The notes beneath the pieces are model-generated. The model searched no databases. It saw only the letters and a program-made list of their open reading frames with translations, and was not told where the DNA came from. Positions 31,180 to 40,943 of a stretch of 64,000 nucleotides of DNA are shown piece after piece (the first letter of the stretch is position 1; every line of letters begins with the position of its first letter). The translations under genes and the position numbers were made by a program. The DNA is from Armatimonadota bacterium (GTDB lineage Bacteria > Armatimonadota > Fimbriimonadia > Fimbriimonadales > GBS-DC), in NCBI GenBank assembly GCA_037444405.1, contig JBBIML010000014.1, positions 32,001 through 96,000 of the forward strand. Reading direction: 5' to 3'.

Positions 31180-32700
31180 ATGTGGTACGACGAGCCAGTG
31201 GACGAGCAGCGACCGGACACGACCAGTACCGACGGGTATCCGGAACCGGGTGATACGGACGCGATGAACGCGCCAGAGGGCGCGGCGAGCGAGGCGACAC
31301 CGCCTGCCGCCGGGGCGCCCGCTGACAACTCTGCTGACGCCGAATCGCCGGTGCCAGCCGCGACCAGCGAGGAAGAGGTCTCGATGGAGGAAGCCCTCGA
31401 ACAGAGCTTTCGCTCGTTTGAGCAGGGCGAGATCGTGCGGGCAACAGTGGTGCAGGTCGACCGTGAGGGCGCATTAGTCGATGTGGGCACCAAGACGGAG
31501 GTCAAAATCCCGCTCTCGGAGCTATCGGGCGAGCAGGTCAGCTCTGCCGAGGAGGTAGTGCAGGTCGGCGACGAGATCGAGGTGATGGTGGTGCGCCCGC
31601 GCGGTGAAGAGGGCGCACCCGTGCTGTCCAAGCGACTCGCCGACTTCGAACGCCTCTGGCAGAGCATCGTGGACGCCTACGAGAAGGGAGAAACGCTGGA
31701 GGCGATGGTCACCGAACGGGTCAAAGGCGGTGTGGTGGTCGATATCGGCATCCGCTGTTTTGTGCCCGCCAGCCTGATTGCCCGCAAACTGCCGCCCCAG
31801 CAACTGGATCGGCTCATCGGCGAGACCTTGCCCATCAAGATTATCGATCTGGATTACGAGCGTCGCAAGGCGGTGGCGTCGAATGTGGCGGCGGAGGAGG
31901 AGCGGCGACGCCAGCGCGATGCCGAAGAGCGTGCCCGCCGCGAGCAGATTTTCAACCAGCTGCGGGTCGGACAACGGCTCACAGGCAGGGTCAAGCGGTT
32001 CACCAGCTACGGCGCCTTCATGGACATCGGCGGCTACGAAGGGCTGCTGCATGTGAGCGAAATCAGCTGGACGCGCATCGAGCATCCGCGCGACGCGCTC
32101 AAAATCGGCGAGGAGATCGAAGTGGTGGTCATTCGGCTGGAGCCGGAGCGGGGCAAAGTGGCATTGAGCCGCCGCCAGCTGCTGCCCGATCCATGGGTGA
32201 AGGTCACCCAGCGCTATCGTGAGGGCGAGGTGCTGGAGCTGCCCATCTCGCGTGTGGAGCGCACGGGCGCCTTCGTGAAACTGCCTGAAGGCGTGGAAGG
32301 GTTCATTCCACTCGGGGAACTGACCAGCAAGCGGGGCGTGCGCAGCGCCCAGGAGGTGGCATCGGTCGGGGAAACCGTCAAAGCGCGTATCACGGAGATA
32401 GATCCGCGCCGCCGACGCATGGTGTTGAGCGTGCGTAATGCCGAAGAGCAGGCAGCGATACAGGAACACGCCCGCCAGCGCGCGGCACAGCCCACCCGAA
32501 CAAGCGGCTTCACCATCGGGCAACGCCTCCAGTCGCAACTGCAGGAGCTGCAGCAGAGCCTTGCATCTTCAGAGGAGAGCCAACCCGCCGAAGCGGAACC
32601 GCCAGCCGCTGATGCGAGCGAACCCACCCAGCCAGAACCATCCAGCGATGCAGGAACGCCAGAGCCAACTGACGAACAGGAATCCGCGAAGGCGGAATGA
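31180..32700 (+). CDS. rpsA: 30S ribosomal protein S1 (four S1 domains, acidic/Pro-rich tails)
   Basis: Four S1 repeats incl. YGAFMDIGG..GLLHVSEISW; GAGGAGG SD; upstream of coaE. Confidence 0.88.
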   Translation: MWYDEPVDEQRPDTTSTDGYPEPGDTDAMNAPEGAASEATPPAAGAPADNSADAESPVPAATSEEEVSMEEALEQSFRSFEQGEIVRATVVQVDREGALVDVGTKTEVKIPLSELSGEQVSSAEEVVQVGDEIEVMVVRPRGEEGAPVLSKRLADFERLWQSIVDAYEKGETLEAMVTERVKGGVVVDIGIRCFVPASLIARKLPPQQLDRLIGETLPIKIIDLDYERRKAVASNVAAEEERRRQRDAEERARREQIFNQLRVGQRLTGRVKRFTSYGAFMDIGGYEGLLHVSEISWTRIEHPRDALKIGEEIEVVVIRLEPERGKVALSRRQLLPDPWVKVTQRYREGEVLELPISRVERTGAFVKLPEGVEGFIPLGELTSKRGVRSAQEVASVGETVKARITEIDPRRRRMVLSVRNAEEQAAIQEHARQRAAQPTRTSGFTIGQRLQSQLQELQQSLASSEESQPAEAEPPAADASEPTQPEPSSDAGTPEPTDEQESAKAE

Positions 32701-33353
32701 ATCGCTCATCCGTCGTGGCGCAGCCCACCGGCAGCGGCAAACCGCCATTGCGGATCGCCATCACGGGCGGCATCGCCGAGGGCAAAACGACCGTTTTGAA
32801 CCTGTTTGGCTCGCTGGGCGGGCAAACCATCAGCAGTGACGGGATTGTCGCAACGCTGTTGCGTCCAGGGACGGACTTATGGCACGCGCTTATCAGGGAA
32901 TTTGGGGAAACGATCTGCACATCAGCGGGCGAGCTGGACCGCGAGCGGCTCGCCGCGCTCGCTTTTGGCGACCCGCGCCAGCGTCGACGCCTCAACCAGC
33001 TGCTCCACCCGCCAGCGGTGCAGGCAATCGAGAAATCGATCGCCCACAGCGACAGGGACGCGCCGCTGTTTATCGAGGTGCCGCTGCTGATCGAGGTTTG
33101 CCTGCAGGGGCTGTTCGATCGGGTTATCGTGGTGCAGGCGACGCCTGCCCTCCAGCGGCAACGATTGCTCATGCGGGGCATCTCGCCCGCGCTGGCACGT
33201 CAGATGCTGCGCTCGCAGCTACCCACCCGCGCCAAAGTGCCCTTCGCCGACTGGATTGTGCGCACCCATCGCTCGCTCGCCGAAGTGGAGCAACAGGTGC
33301 GCCGCATCTGGCAATCGTTGCACACCGATGGGGTATACTTGGCTACCCCCTGA
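32697..33353 (+). CDS. coaE: Dephospho-CoA kinase
   Basis: IAITGGIAEGKTT, LDRERLA..AF, LLHP, EVPLLIE. Confidence 0.93.
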   Translation: MNRSSVVAQPTGSGKPPLRIAITGGIAEGKTTVLNLFGSLGGQTISSDGIVATLLRPGTDLWHALIREFGETICTSAGELDRERLAALAFGDPRQRRRLNQLLHPPAVQAIEKSIAHSDRDAPLFIEVPLLIEVCLQGLFDRVIVVQATPALQRQRLLMRGISPALARQMLRSQLPTRAKVPFADWIVRTHRSLAEVEQQVRRIWQSLHTDGVYLATP

Positions 33354-33477
33354 TTGGGGGCATGGCTCTTATCGAAGCGCAACCATTCGCGGCGGTTAAC
33401 CGTCAAAAAAGCAGGCAGGAGCATGGGAATGCCTGTCGAACCGATAGGAACGCAAACGAAGAGGAGGTTTAGTCACA

Positions 33478-36400
33478 GTGGCTAAGCGATGGTGGCTGAT
33501 TTTGACGGCACTGATCATCGGGAGCGTTGCTTTTGGGCAGAACACGGCAAGCGAGCGTCCGTGGGAGGAGGTGTATCGCAACCGTCCCAATCGGCACGTG
33601 CTGCCGAACGAGCGTCCGCGCACGATTCCGCTCCAGAACTATCGGGAGGTGCCACCCTTCTCCCGCTGGCAGGGGAGCCTCCAGTGGCAAAAGGGTGGAC
33701 TGTTCGATCCGCAGCGCTTCCATCAACAGCGGCAATCTCAACCACAGCGTTCGCGCGCGCCGCGCTGGGATCGCGACCTGACCAACGCGCCCACCGACGA
33801 GCTACATCCTGTCTATGCGTCGCGTGCCACCCGCATGTTCTTCGCCAGCAACGCCACAGCTGTCGTGGATGGGCGCCTGGCGAACCCGGGTCCATACTAT
33901 CATATCTGGCGCGGCGATCTGGACGACGGCAGCAACCCCGACCTGGGACAGCTGACCAACTACACCCAGATCACGGGTGATACCCCCGATGAGCAGTTCT
34001 CGTCCCAGATTCAGCCCAGCACCAACGCGAACGGGCACCTCCTCGCCTATGCCTCCCGCTCCGCCGCTGGCAGCTATAACATCATCATTCGGAACCTGAC
34101 CACCAACCAGCGGGTGATTATCACCACCGACAACAACGGCGTGACGCAGAACCTGCGTCCAACGCTGGATCCGGGCGGAGGGCTGGTTATTTTCTCTTCG
34201 AATCGGCTGGAGGCAGGCGAGACGGAAGCCGACCGCCGATTTCGGCTCTATATGGCACGCGCGGATGGGCGTCCCTTCGATGACGGGCTCTTCCTGAAAC
34301 GCCTCACGACCCCTGCCCCTGGCGAGAACGACATCGAACCGGCATGGTCGCCCGATGGCAGTCGGGTGGCGTTCGTGCGAACCTTTGCGGACGGCAGCAG
34401 CTACATCTTTATGCTGGATGTGCGCAACCTCAATATCGGGCAATGGACGAACTTCGTGGATAACAACAATAACCGTCCGCAGGATCGCCAGCCTACATGG
34501 ACCACCGACACCGACGGCTCCCTGCGGCTGGTGTTTGCCTCCACGCGCAAGTCGCTCGATAATCAGGGGCGCCACCAGCGACAGCAGCCGTCGAACAGCG
34601 TGGACACCACCAATCGGATTTTCGATATCTATGAGATTGGCACCGACATCCCTGAGGAACTGGGCGCCGTTGCGCTCTCCATCACCGCCGATCCCAGCAC
34701 GCCCGCGCTGGCGCGCCCCAACTACCCGGGCGACACCGAGCAGCTGGCAGGTGCCCTGTACCCGACAGGCGCCATCCGCGAGCGCAACCGCGTCGCCTAC
34801 CAGTCCACCCGCCTCAACGAACAACAAAACCAGGGTCCACACGACATCTGGGAGACCTTCCGAACGGACACCATCCCACCCGTAATGGAGATATTGCCGG
34901 TCGTCACCCCGAAAGAGGTCTATCCGCCCGGCTCCAATGTGACCATCCGCATCCGCGCGGTGGACTTCCAGAGCGGGCTGCAGTTCGTGCGCATCCAGAT
35001 CAAAGACCCCGATAGCGCCGAACAGGACGAGGAGGGGCTGGAACATAAAATCTATCTTTTCTCGGAGGAGGTGGTTGATCAAAACATTGTTATTCCTGTG
35101 TTTATCGAAATCGGTCAGCAGGCGATTCACCCGGAGACCTATGAGTATAAAGACCCCTATGTGCTGGCGCCGCTGGGCTTCAATGGTCGCCTGGAGGACA
35201 CGCTGGCATTGCGGTATGTGCCCGACGACCCGAACAACCCTGATCCCACACAATCGGGCTGGTGGGAGGTCACTTGGCGCACGCCCGATGTCGCCAGCGA
35301 CTTCTACATCGATGTTATCGTGCGCGATAATGCGGGGAATGAGTTCCTCTACGACAACATTTCCGGCTTCACCACGAAGATATTCACAGGTGGCAACCGC
35401 ATTCTGCTGGTGTCGGACTATGCGGCGGGACAGATGTTCGTGCAGAACCGAATCGGGGCAGTAGGCAACTCGGCGGGGCGCCCGACATGGCTGCCTGTGG
35501 AAAGCTACTGGACCGATAACCCGACGGGCAAGCCGCCGTTTGATATTGCCATTAGTCCACCGGGTGTGCCTATCATCGGGGACGGAGCCATTCCCAGCCC
35601 CACGGTACTGCTCGCATTCATTCGCTCCGACACGCTGGGGAGCAACACCACCTACGGCAATCTATACGAGATCTGGCGGGTGCAGTGTCGGAACCCGATC
35701 TCGCCCTCGGTGCTGGCAGGCTATCTACCCCGCTATGAGCGGGAGCCAACCGATTTGCAGGGTGGATTCCGCACCAAGTTGCATGCCGAGCGTATTGTGG
35801 TATGGGCAAGCCCCTACACGGGCGACCTGTGGGCAGGCGCGGGGCATCTGCTGGATCCTGAAATCCAAACACTGCTGCGGAGCTTCCTGGCAGGAGCAGG
35901 GCGCCTGGTGGTCAGCGGTCAGGATGTCGCCTGGGCGCTGAGCCTCGCAGGCGGCACCGCCAACGAGTTCCTCCAGCAGACTTTGCAAGCGCAGTTCGAC
36001 ACCGATGCAGCCCAGGATGTGTTCCTGCCCATCCCCTACGCCTACCTGCGCCACCAGCTCGACTCCGACGGGCTGGAAACCAATCCTGATAATAACGATC
36101 CGAACCCGATTGCTTTCAATCCGGGCGGGATGCCCATCTGGTTCATCGAAGATGACGGTACTCAAGGCTCGCCCACCAATCTGCAGATCGCCGATCCCGC
36201 CACGATGTTGCCCAATAGCGTGATTCTCCGTATTACACCATCCCCACTGATTCCTGGCATCAACAGCGATGGCGCATGGAACCAGATCTGGCTCGACACC
36301 ATCTTCACCAACCCGAACGAACGAGCGCCCTACAAGTACACCAACCCCGGCATCACGAACGACCCTCAGCGTCAGCGCGCGGGTACCTACTACGAGAACA

Positions 36401-38940
36401 CAGCCAACAAATCCAAAGTCCTCTACCTTGCTTTCGGGCTGGAAGGTGTTGACTCGGGCTATGAGGATATTGGCGGCATCATCTGGTGCAACGCCTTCCG
36501 CAATAAGGTGCTGCATAACGCTTTCGGCTGGATGACGCACAGCGTGCTGCGCGGCGTCGTGCGCGAGTACGACCCTGAAACCCGCACCTATCGACCGTTG
36601 CCGCGAGCCTTCGTGCGAGTCACGGGCATCCTGCCGCCCAGCGTCAACGGCGTGGAGGTGGGCTACGCCATCACCGACTCGGCAGGTGAATACACCATCT
36701 TCGGAATAGAGGCAGGGCTTTACCTGGTGGACGCCATTCGCCCTGGCTATCGTGTGCAGCACCCGGAGACCGTGATTTTAGTCGCGCAGGAGTTTGAGCT
36801 GAATCTGGTGATGCTGAAAGTGCCGCCCGGGCAAATCAGCGGTCAGGTTATCGATATCAACAATCAGCCCGTGCGCTATGCCCTGGTACGAGCCACCAAT
36901 GTGGACGACCCAACCCTCACCATCGAGGTGTTGAGCGATCCCGACGGCAATTTCCTGATGCCACGCGTGCCAGTGGGTACCTGGAATGTGACCGTGGTCT
37001 CGCTGGCGCTGGGTGGCTACACATTACCGCCCATCCGCCCGCAGCCCGATGGCGTGTTCCGCAATGTGCAGGTGCAAGCAGGTCAGACCACGCAACTGCC
37101 TGAACCCTTCGTGCTGGAGCCACTGCCGGGCACCATTCGCGGGCAGGTCACCCGCGCCGATAACGGGCAGCCGATTCAGGGCGCGCGCGTGGTCGCCGTC
37201 GCCAATAATGTGGAGCGCGGCTCCGCCACCACCGACGCCAGCGGCAACTACAGCTTCGAGGTGCCCGGCGGCGAATACCAGGTGACGGCGACGGCGCCCG
37301 GATTTGCGCCCAGCACGCAGACTGTCACCGTGCCCCGCGAAGGTGAGGTGGTGGTGAACTTCCAGCTGGCAAAGCTGCCGCCAGGGCGCGTGACGGGGCG
37401 CGTGGTGCGCAAGTTCGGCGGCGCACCGGAGCCGGGTGTTAAGATCGAACTGCTATTTGGCAATACATCCATCTACAGGGCGACCACCGAACCCGACGGC
37501 ACCTACACTATCGACCCTGTGGAGCCGGGCGACTATGTGGTGCGCCCGACCAAGACGGGGTTCACCTTCGAGCCGCCCACACGCACTATCACGGTTCAAC
37601 CGAATCAGACCACAACGGTGCCGGACTTCAAGTCGCAGCCGTTGCGCACCTTCTTCCGCGGGCGCAGCCTGGTGTCGGCGCCGTTCGATTACAGTCAGGA
37701 TATTGCCGACCTGCTCGATGTGCCGCCCGACCAGCGGCGCTTCCCCAACTTCCGATTCTTCACCTGGGACACGGTGAACAGCCGCTATATCTTCTATCCT
37801 GACGCGCCTGCCAACCGCTTCGCGCTCGGACGCGGCTACTTCATCGAGACCACGCAGGACCTGCCGCTGGCAACCGAAGGCACACCCGCCGACGAGAGCC
37901 AGAGCTTCCCGATACCTCTGCGACGCGGCTGGAACCTGATTGGCACGCCGTTCCGATTCGACATCGACTGGGAGCAGACCCAGGTGATTGACCCCGACAC
38001 CAACACGCCCATCTCCAACGCGACGGCAGTCGGCAAGCAGATTATCGCGAACGCGCTGTGGGGCTATGCGTTTGGCACCTACAACGCCACTCGCCGCATG
38101 AAAATCTGGGAGGGCTACTGGGTCTACGCCTATAAGGACACCACGCTGCTGATCCCGCCCACAGCGCGGGCGCGCTCGGCGGTCAGTCGCAGCGTGGACG
38201 CACCGACGCCGGGGGGCTGGACGCTCGCGCTGCAGGTGCAATCGGGCGAGCTGATGGATCAGGCGTACATCGGCGTCTCGCGCGGCGCATCGCCGGGCTA
38301 TGACGCCTCGCACGACCTGCTCAAACCGCCGCCCGTTGGGCGCGACTATGTGTATATCAGCATGCCGCGCCTGAACTGGGGCGCGCAGAGCGGCATGTAC
38401 GGCGTGGATGTGCAGGCGCCCTCGCGCAGCGCAAGCTGGGAGTTCACCGTCGAGACCACCCAGCCCAATCGCGAAATCACCCTGCGCTGGCCCAACATCC
38501 ACCTGCTGCCCCGCTCGGCGAACCTGGTGCTGGTGGACCTGCAGACGGGCGCCCGCCGCTACCTGCGCACCACTGGCTCCTACACCTTCCGCAGCCCGCA
38601 AAACGGTGTCAGCCGATTCCGAATCGAGCTGGCGTCCAGTGCAGGGCTGCTGCGGATTGGCAATGTGCAGGTTACGGGCGGTCGCGGCAACCAGCGTACC
38701 ATCACCTTCACCCTGACGGGCGAGGCGAGCGTGGAGGTCAGCGTGCTGGCGGGCGGCAGGGTGGTGCGCCAGCTGCTGACCAGCGCTGGACGCAGCGCGG
38801 GCGTACAACAGGTCAGCTGGGACGGGCGCGACCAGAACGGCATCGCGCTACCGCCTGGCACCTACACCGTCGAAATTCGAGCGGTGAGCGAGGATGGGCA
38901 GGTGGCACGCGCCGCCACCACCATCATCCTCACCCGATAG
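33478..38940 (+). CDS. 1820-aa secreted protein: TolB/PD40 propeller, carboxypeptidase-regulatory-like Ig repeats, shared C-terminal module with FlgD-Ig
   Basis: Signal peptide; EPAWSPDG; several 'G.I.G.V....G.PI.GA.V' repeats; WDGRD..G...PPGTY; GAGGAGG SD. Confidence 0.85.
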   Translation: MAKRWWLILTALIIGSVAFGQNTASERPWEEVYRNRPNRHVLPNERPRTIPLQNYREVPPFSRWQGSLQWQKGGLFDPQRFHQQRQSQPQRSRAPRWDRDLTNAPTDELHPVYASRATRMFFASNATAVVDGRLANPGPYYHIWRGDLDDGSNPDLGQLTNYTQITGDTPDEQFSSQIQPSTNANGHLLAYASRSAAGSYNIIIRNLTTNQRVIITTDNNGVTQNLRPTLDPGGGLVIFSSNRLEAGETEADRRFRLYMARADGRPFDDGLFLKRLTTPAPGENDIEPAWSPDGSRVAFVRTFADGSSYIFMLDVRNLNIGQWTNFVDNNNNRPQDRQPTWTTDTDGSLRLVFASTRKSLDNQGRHQRQQPSNSVDTTNRIFDIYEIGTDIPEELGAVALSITADPSTPALARPNYPGDTEQLAGALYPTGAIRERNRVAYQSTRLNEQQNQGPHDIWETFRTDTIPPVMEILPVVTPKEVYPPGSNVTIRIRAVDFQSGLQFVRIQIKDPDSAEQDEEGLEHKIYLFSEEVVDQNIVIPVFIEIGQQAIHPETYEYKDPYVLAPLGFNGRLEDTLALRYVPDDPNNPDPTQSGWWEVTWRTPDVASDFYIDVIVRDNAGNEFLYDNISGFTTKIFTGGNRILLVSDYAAGQMFVQNRIGAVGNSAGRPTWLPVESYWTDNPTGKPPFDIAISPPGVPIIGDGAIPSPTVLLAFIRSDTLGSNTTYGNLYEIWRVQCRNPISPSVLAGYLPRYEREPTDLQGGFRTKLHAERIVVWASPYTGDLWAGAGHLLDPEIQTLLRSFLAGAGRLVVSGQDVAWALSLAGGTANEFLQQTLQAQFDTDAAQDVFLPIPYAYLRHQLDSDGLETNPDNNDPNPIAFNPGGMPIWFIEDDGTQGSPTNLQIADPATMLPNSVILRITPSPLIPGINSDGAWNQIWLDTIFTNPNERAPYKYTNPGITNDPQRQRAGTYYENTANKSKVLYLAFGLEGVDSGYEDIGGIIWCNAFRNKVLHNAFGWMTHSVLRGVVREYDPETRTYRPLPRAFVRVTGILPPSVNGVEVGYAITDSAGEYTIFGIEAGLYLVDAIRPGYRVQHPETVILVAQEFELNLVMLKVPPGQISGQVIDINNQPVRYALVRATNVDDPTLTIEVLSDPDGNFLMPRVPVGTWNVTVVSLALGGYTLPPIRPQPDGVFRNVQVQAGQTTQLPEPFVLEPLPGTIRGQVTRADNGQPIQGARVVAVANNVERGSATTDASGNYSFEVPGGEYQVTATAPGFAPSTQTVTVPREGEVVVNFQLAKLPPGRVTGRVVRKFGGAPEPGVKIELLFGNTSIYRATTEPDGTYTIDPVEPGDYVVRPTKTGFTFEPPTRTITVQPNQTTTVPDFKSQPLRTFFRGRSLVSAPFDYSQDIADLLDVPPDQRRFPNFRFFTWDTVNSRYIFYPDAPANRFALGRGYFIETTQDLPLATEGTPADESQSFPIPLRRGWNLIGTPFRFDIDWEQTQVIDPDTNTPISNATAVGKQIIANALWGYAFGTYNATRRMKIWEGYWVYAYKDTTLLIPPTARARSAVSRSVDAPTPGGWTLALQVQSGELMDQAYIGVSRGASPGYDASHDLLKPPPVGRDYVYISMPRLNWGAQSGMYGVDVQAPSRSASWEFTVETTQPNREITLRWPNIHLLPRSANLVLVDLQTGARRYLRTTGSYTFRSPQNGVSRFRIELASSAGLLRIGNVQVTGGRGNQRTITFTLTGEASVEVSVLAGGRVVRQLLTSAGRSAGVQQVSWDGRDQNGIALPPGTYTVEIRAVSEDGQVARAATTIILTR

Positions 38941-39030
38941 TGCGCTTTTGCCCGTTCCCCCGCGCGGGGAACGGGCAGGAAGCAAGCTGTTCACAAAGAA
39001 AATAGACAACGGTAAGGAGGAACGACCAGA

Positions 39031-40830
39031 GTGAGAACACGGAGACGACGAATCTGGGCAAAACGCTGGAGTCTGGCGGGCGTTGCCAGCATGCTGCTGA
39101 TGTGGCTGCTGGCGCCATTTGGCATGCCGCCGGCACAGGCACAGCTGGTGCAACTGCCGCGCATTGCGGTCATCGACTTCCAGAACAAAAGCGGCTACGG
39201 CGGCGCCAGCATCGCGCGCGCCGCCACCGACGCCATCGCCAGCGAGTACCAGAAAACGGGGCGCTATGAGGTGCTGGCGCGGGGCGAAATCGAGCAGCAG
39301 CTCAAAGACCTCGATTTAGCTCCCCCGCTGAGCAAAACGGGCTACCTGCGACTGGGACGCGCCCTCCAGCTCGAATCGATTGTGGCAGGCGATGTGGAAG
39401 CCATCACCTTCACTGGCTCCCCGAAGCAGGCGCAGGTAACCCTCACGGTCAAGGTGATCGATGTGGCATCAGGTGAGCCGGTGAACGGCGCGGTCGTGAC
39501 AGGCTCCAGCAACCCGCGCCCGGGCTACAGCGGCGACGACGATACCCTGGTGCTGGAGGCGGTGCGCAACGCCGCCTTCGAAGCGGTGCGTACCATCCTG
39601 AACTACACCATCCCTGAAGCGACCGTGCTGACCACCCGCGCGGGCAAGGAGGTGCTGCTCAATCGCGGCATTCGCGGCGGGCTGAAACCCGGCATGGAGA
39701 TGATTGTCATTCGCAACAACGAAGAGGTCGGACGCATCCGCATCACCGAAGTGTCCGATAGTGACGCCGTGGGCGTGATCATCCAGTCGCTGCGCGGCAT
39801 CCAGACCGAAGACAAGGCGCGCGCCGTGTACGAAATACCTTCGGTCAAAGTCAAAGCCGGCAAAGTAGTTAAAGAAGAGCCGCGCAGTCGCGCTGAGCGC
39901 AACCGGGCACTCAAAGCGCTGGGTCCGATCCTTGTGCTGGGACTGATTGCGTTCGGCATTGCACGCGCTTCATCTGGCGGCAACACACCCGTGCAGGATG
40001 TCCTCGCCGAAGCGGGTGCCGACGGCAACTTCGAACCCTTCGTGCGAGTCTCATGGAAGACCACCCTCTTCGCCAAGAGCAACCGCGACCAGATCCAGTG
40101 GCAAATCTACCGCTCCGACTTCATCGATATCGACGGCAACGGCAATATGATCCCGGTGGGTGTGGTGCCGGGCAATCAGCACTGGTTTATTGACACCACT
40201 GTGCCGCGCGTGGTGAACTACGCCAGCCTGCCGCGCGAGGGCAGTGAGGACCTGGGGCTGGAGGAGGTCGATACCGCGCCGGGCGTCGCGCCAGGACGAT
40301 CCTACACCTACCAGCTGGCTCTGGTCTATCGTGAGGTGCGTGATGTGGCAGGTGGTGGCACGGGAGGCGGTGGCGGGCAGCAGGTGGTTTTCCTGCTGTC
40401 GGACCGTGTGCGCTCCGGGCAGGTGACCGTCATTCAGCCCGTGCAGCTGCTGACCCCTGTCCAGCGCAGCGAGGATGTGGACCCGAAAGACATCCTCTTC
40501 AGCTGGCTGGCATCGGAGGGCGCCAACGCCTACCGTATTGAGGTCTCCACCGATCCCACCTTCCGCGACCGCAGCCGAACCTTCGTCTCGGCGGAGATTC
40601 TCTCCACAGCGGTGGGCGGTAGCCCCGTTAGCCCGCCTGACCGAATCAATATTGAATCTGCGCTGCTGCAGCGGCTGGGACTGGCGGGTAAGCGCGTCAC
40701 GCTCTACTGGCGTGTGGGCGCCCGCAACCTGAACGATAACCCCGGTCCAATACCGGGTCCGGGCGGTCTGCGCTATGTGTGGAGCCGACCGTTCGAGTTC
40801 ACCACGCAGGAGCTGCCGCCGCCACCCTGA
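39031..40830 (+). CDS. Exported CsgG/FlgT-like protein with internal hydrophobic helix and Fn3-like C-terminus
   Basis: Signal peptide; RIAVIDFQN...YEVLAR..I; VKVIDVASGE; LLNRG...GLKPGM; AAGGAGG SD. Confidence 0.7.
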   Translation: MRTRRRRIWAKRWSLAGVASMLLMWLLAPFGMPPAQAQLVQLPRIAVIDFQNKSGYGGASIARAATDAIASEYQKTGRYEVLARGEIEQQLKDLDLAPPLSKTGYLRLGRALQLESIVAGDVEAITFTGSPKQAQVTLTVKVIDVASGEPVNGAVVTGSSNPRPGYSGDDDTLVLEAVRNAAFEAVRTILNYTIPEATVLTTRAGKEVLLNRGIRGGLKPGMEMIVIRNNEEVGRIRITEVSDSDAVGVIIQSLRGIQTEDKARAVYEIPSVKVKAGKVVKEEPRSRAERNRALKALGPILVLGLIAFGIARASSGGNTPVQDVLAEAGADGNFEPFVRVSWKTTLFAKSNRDQIQWQIYRSDFIDIDGNGNMIPVGVVPGNQHWFIDTTVPRVVNYASLPREGSEDLGLEEVDTAPGVAPGRSYTYQLALVYREVRDVAGGGTGGGGGQQVVFLLSDRVRSGQVTVIQPVQLLTPVQRSEDVDPKDILFSWLASEGANAYRIEVSTDPTFRDRSRTFVSAEILSTAVGGSPVSPPDRINIESALLQRLGLAGKRVTLYWRVGARNLNDNPGPIPGPGGLRYVWSRPFEFTTQELPPPP

Positions 40831-40943
40831 GCGCGGCACGATTCTCAAGCCGTTTCGGGAGCGACTTCCCGAAACGGCATACCCGTTTGAGCGTCTGAAC
40901 AGATGAGCGTGCGATTGGGAACCAATCGGGAGGGAAGCAACCG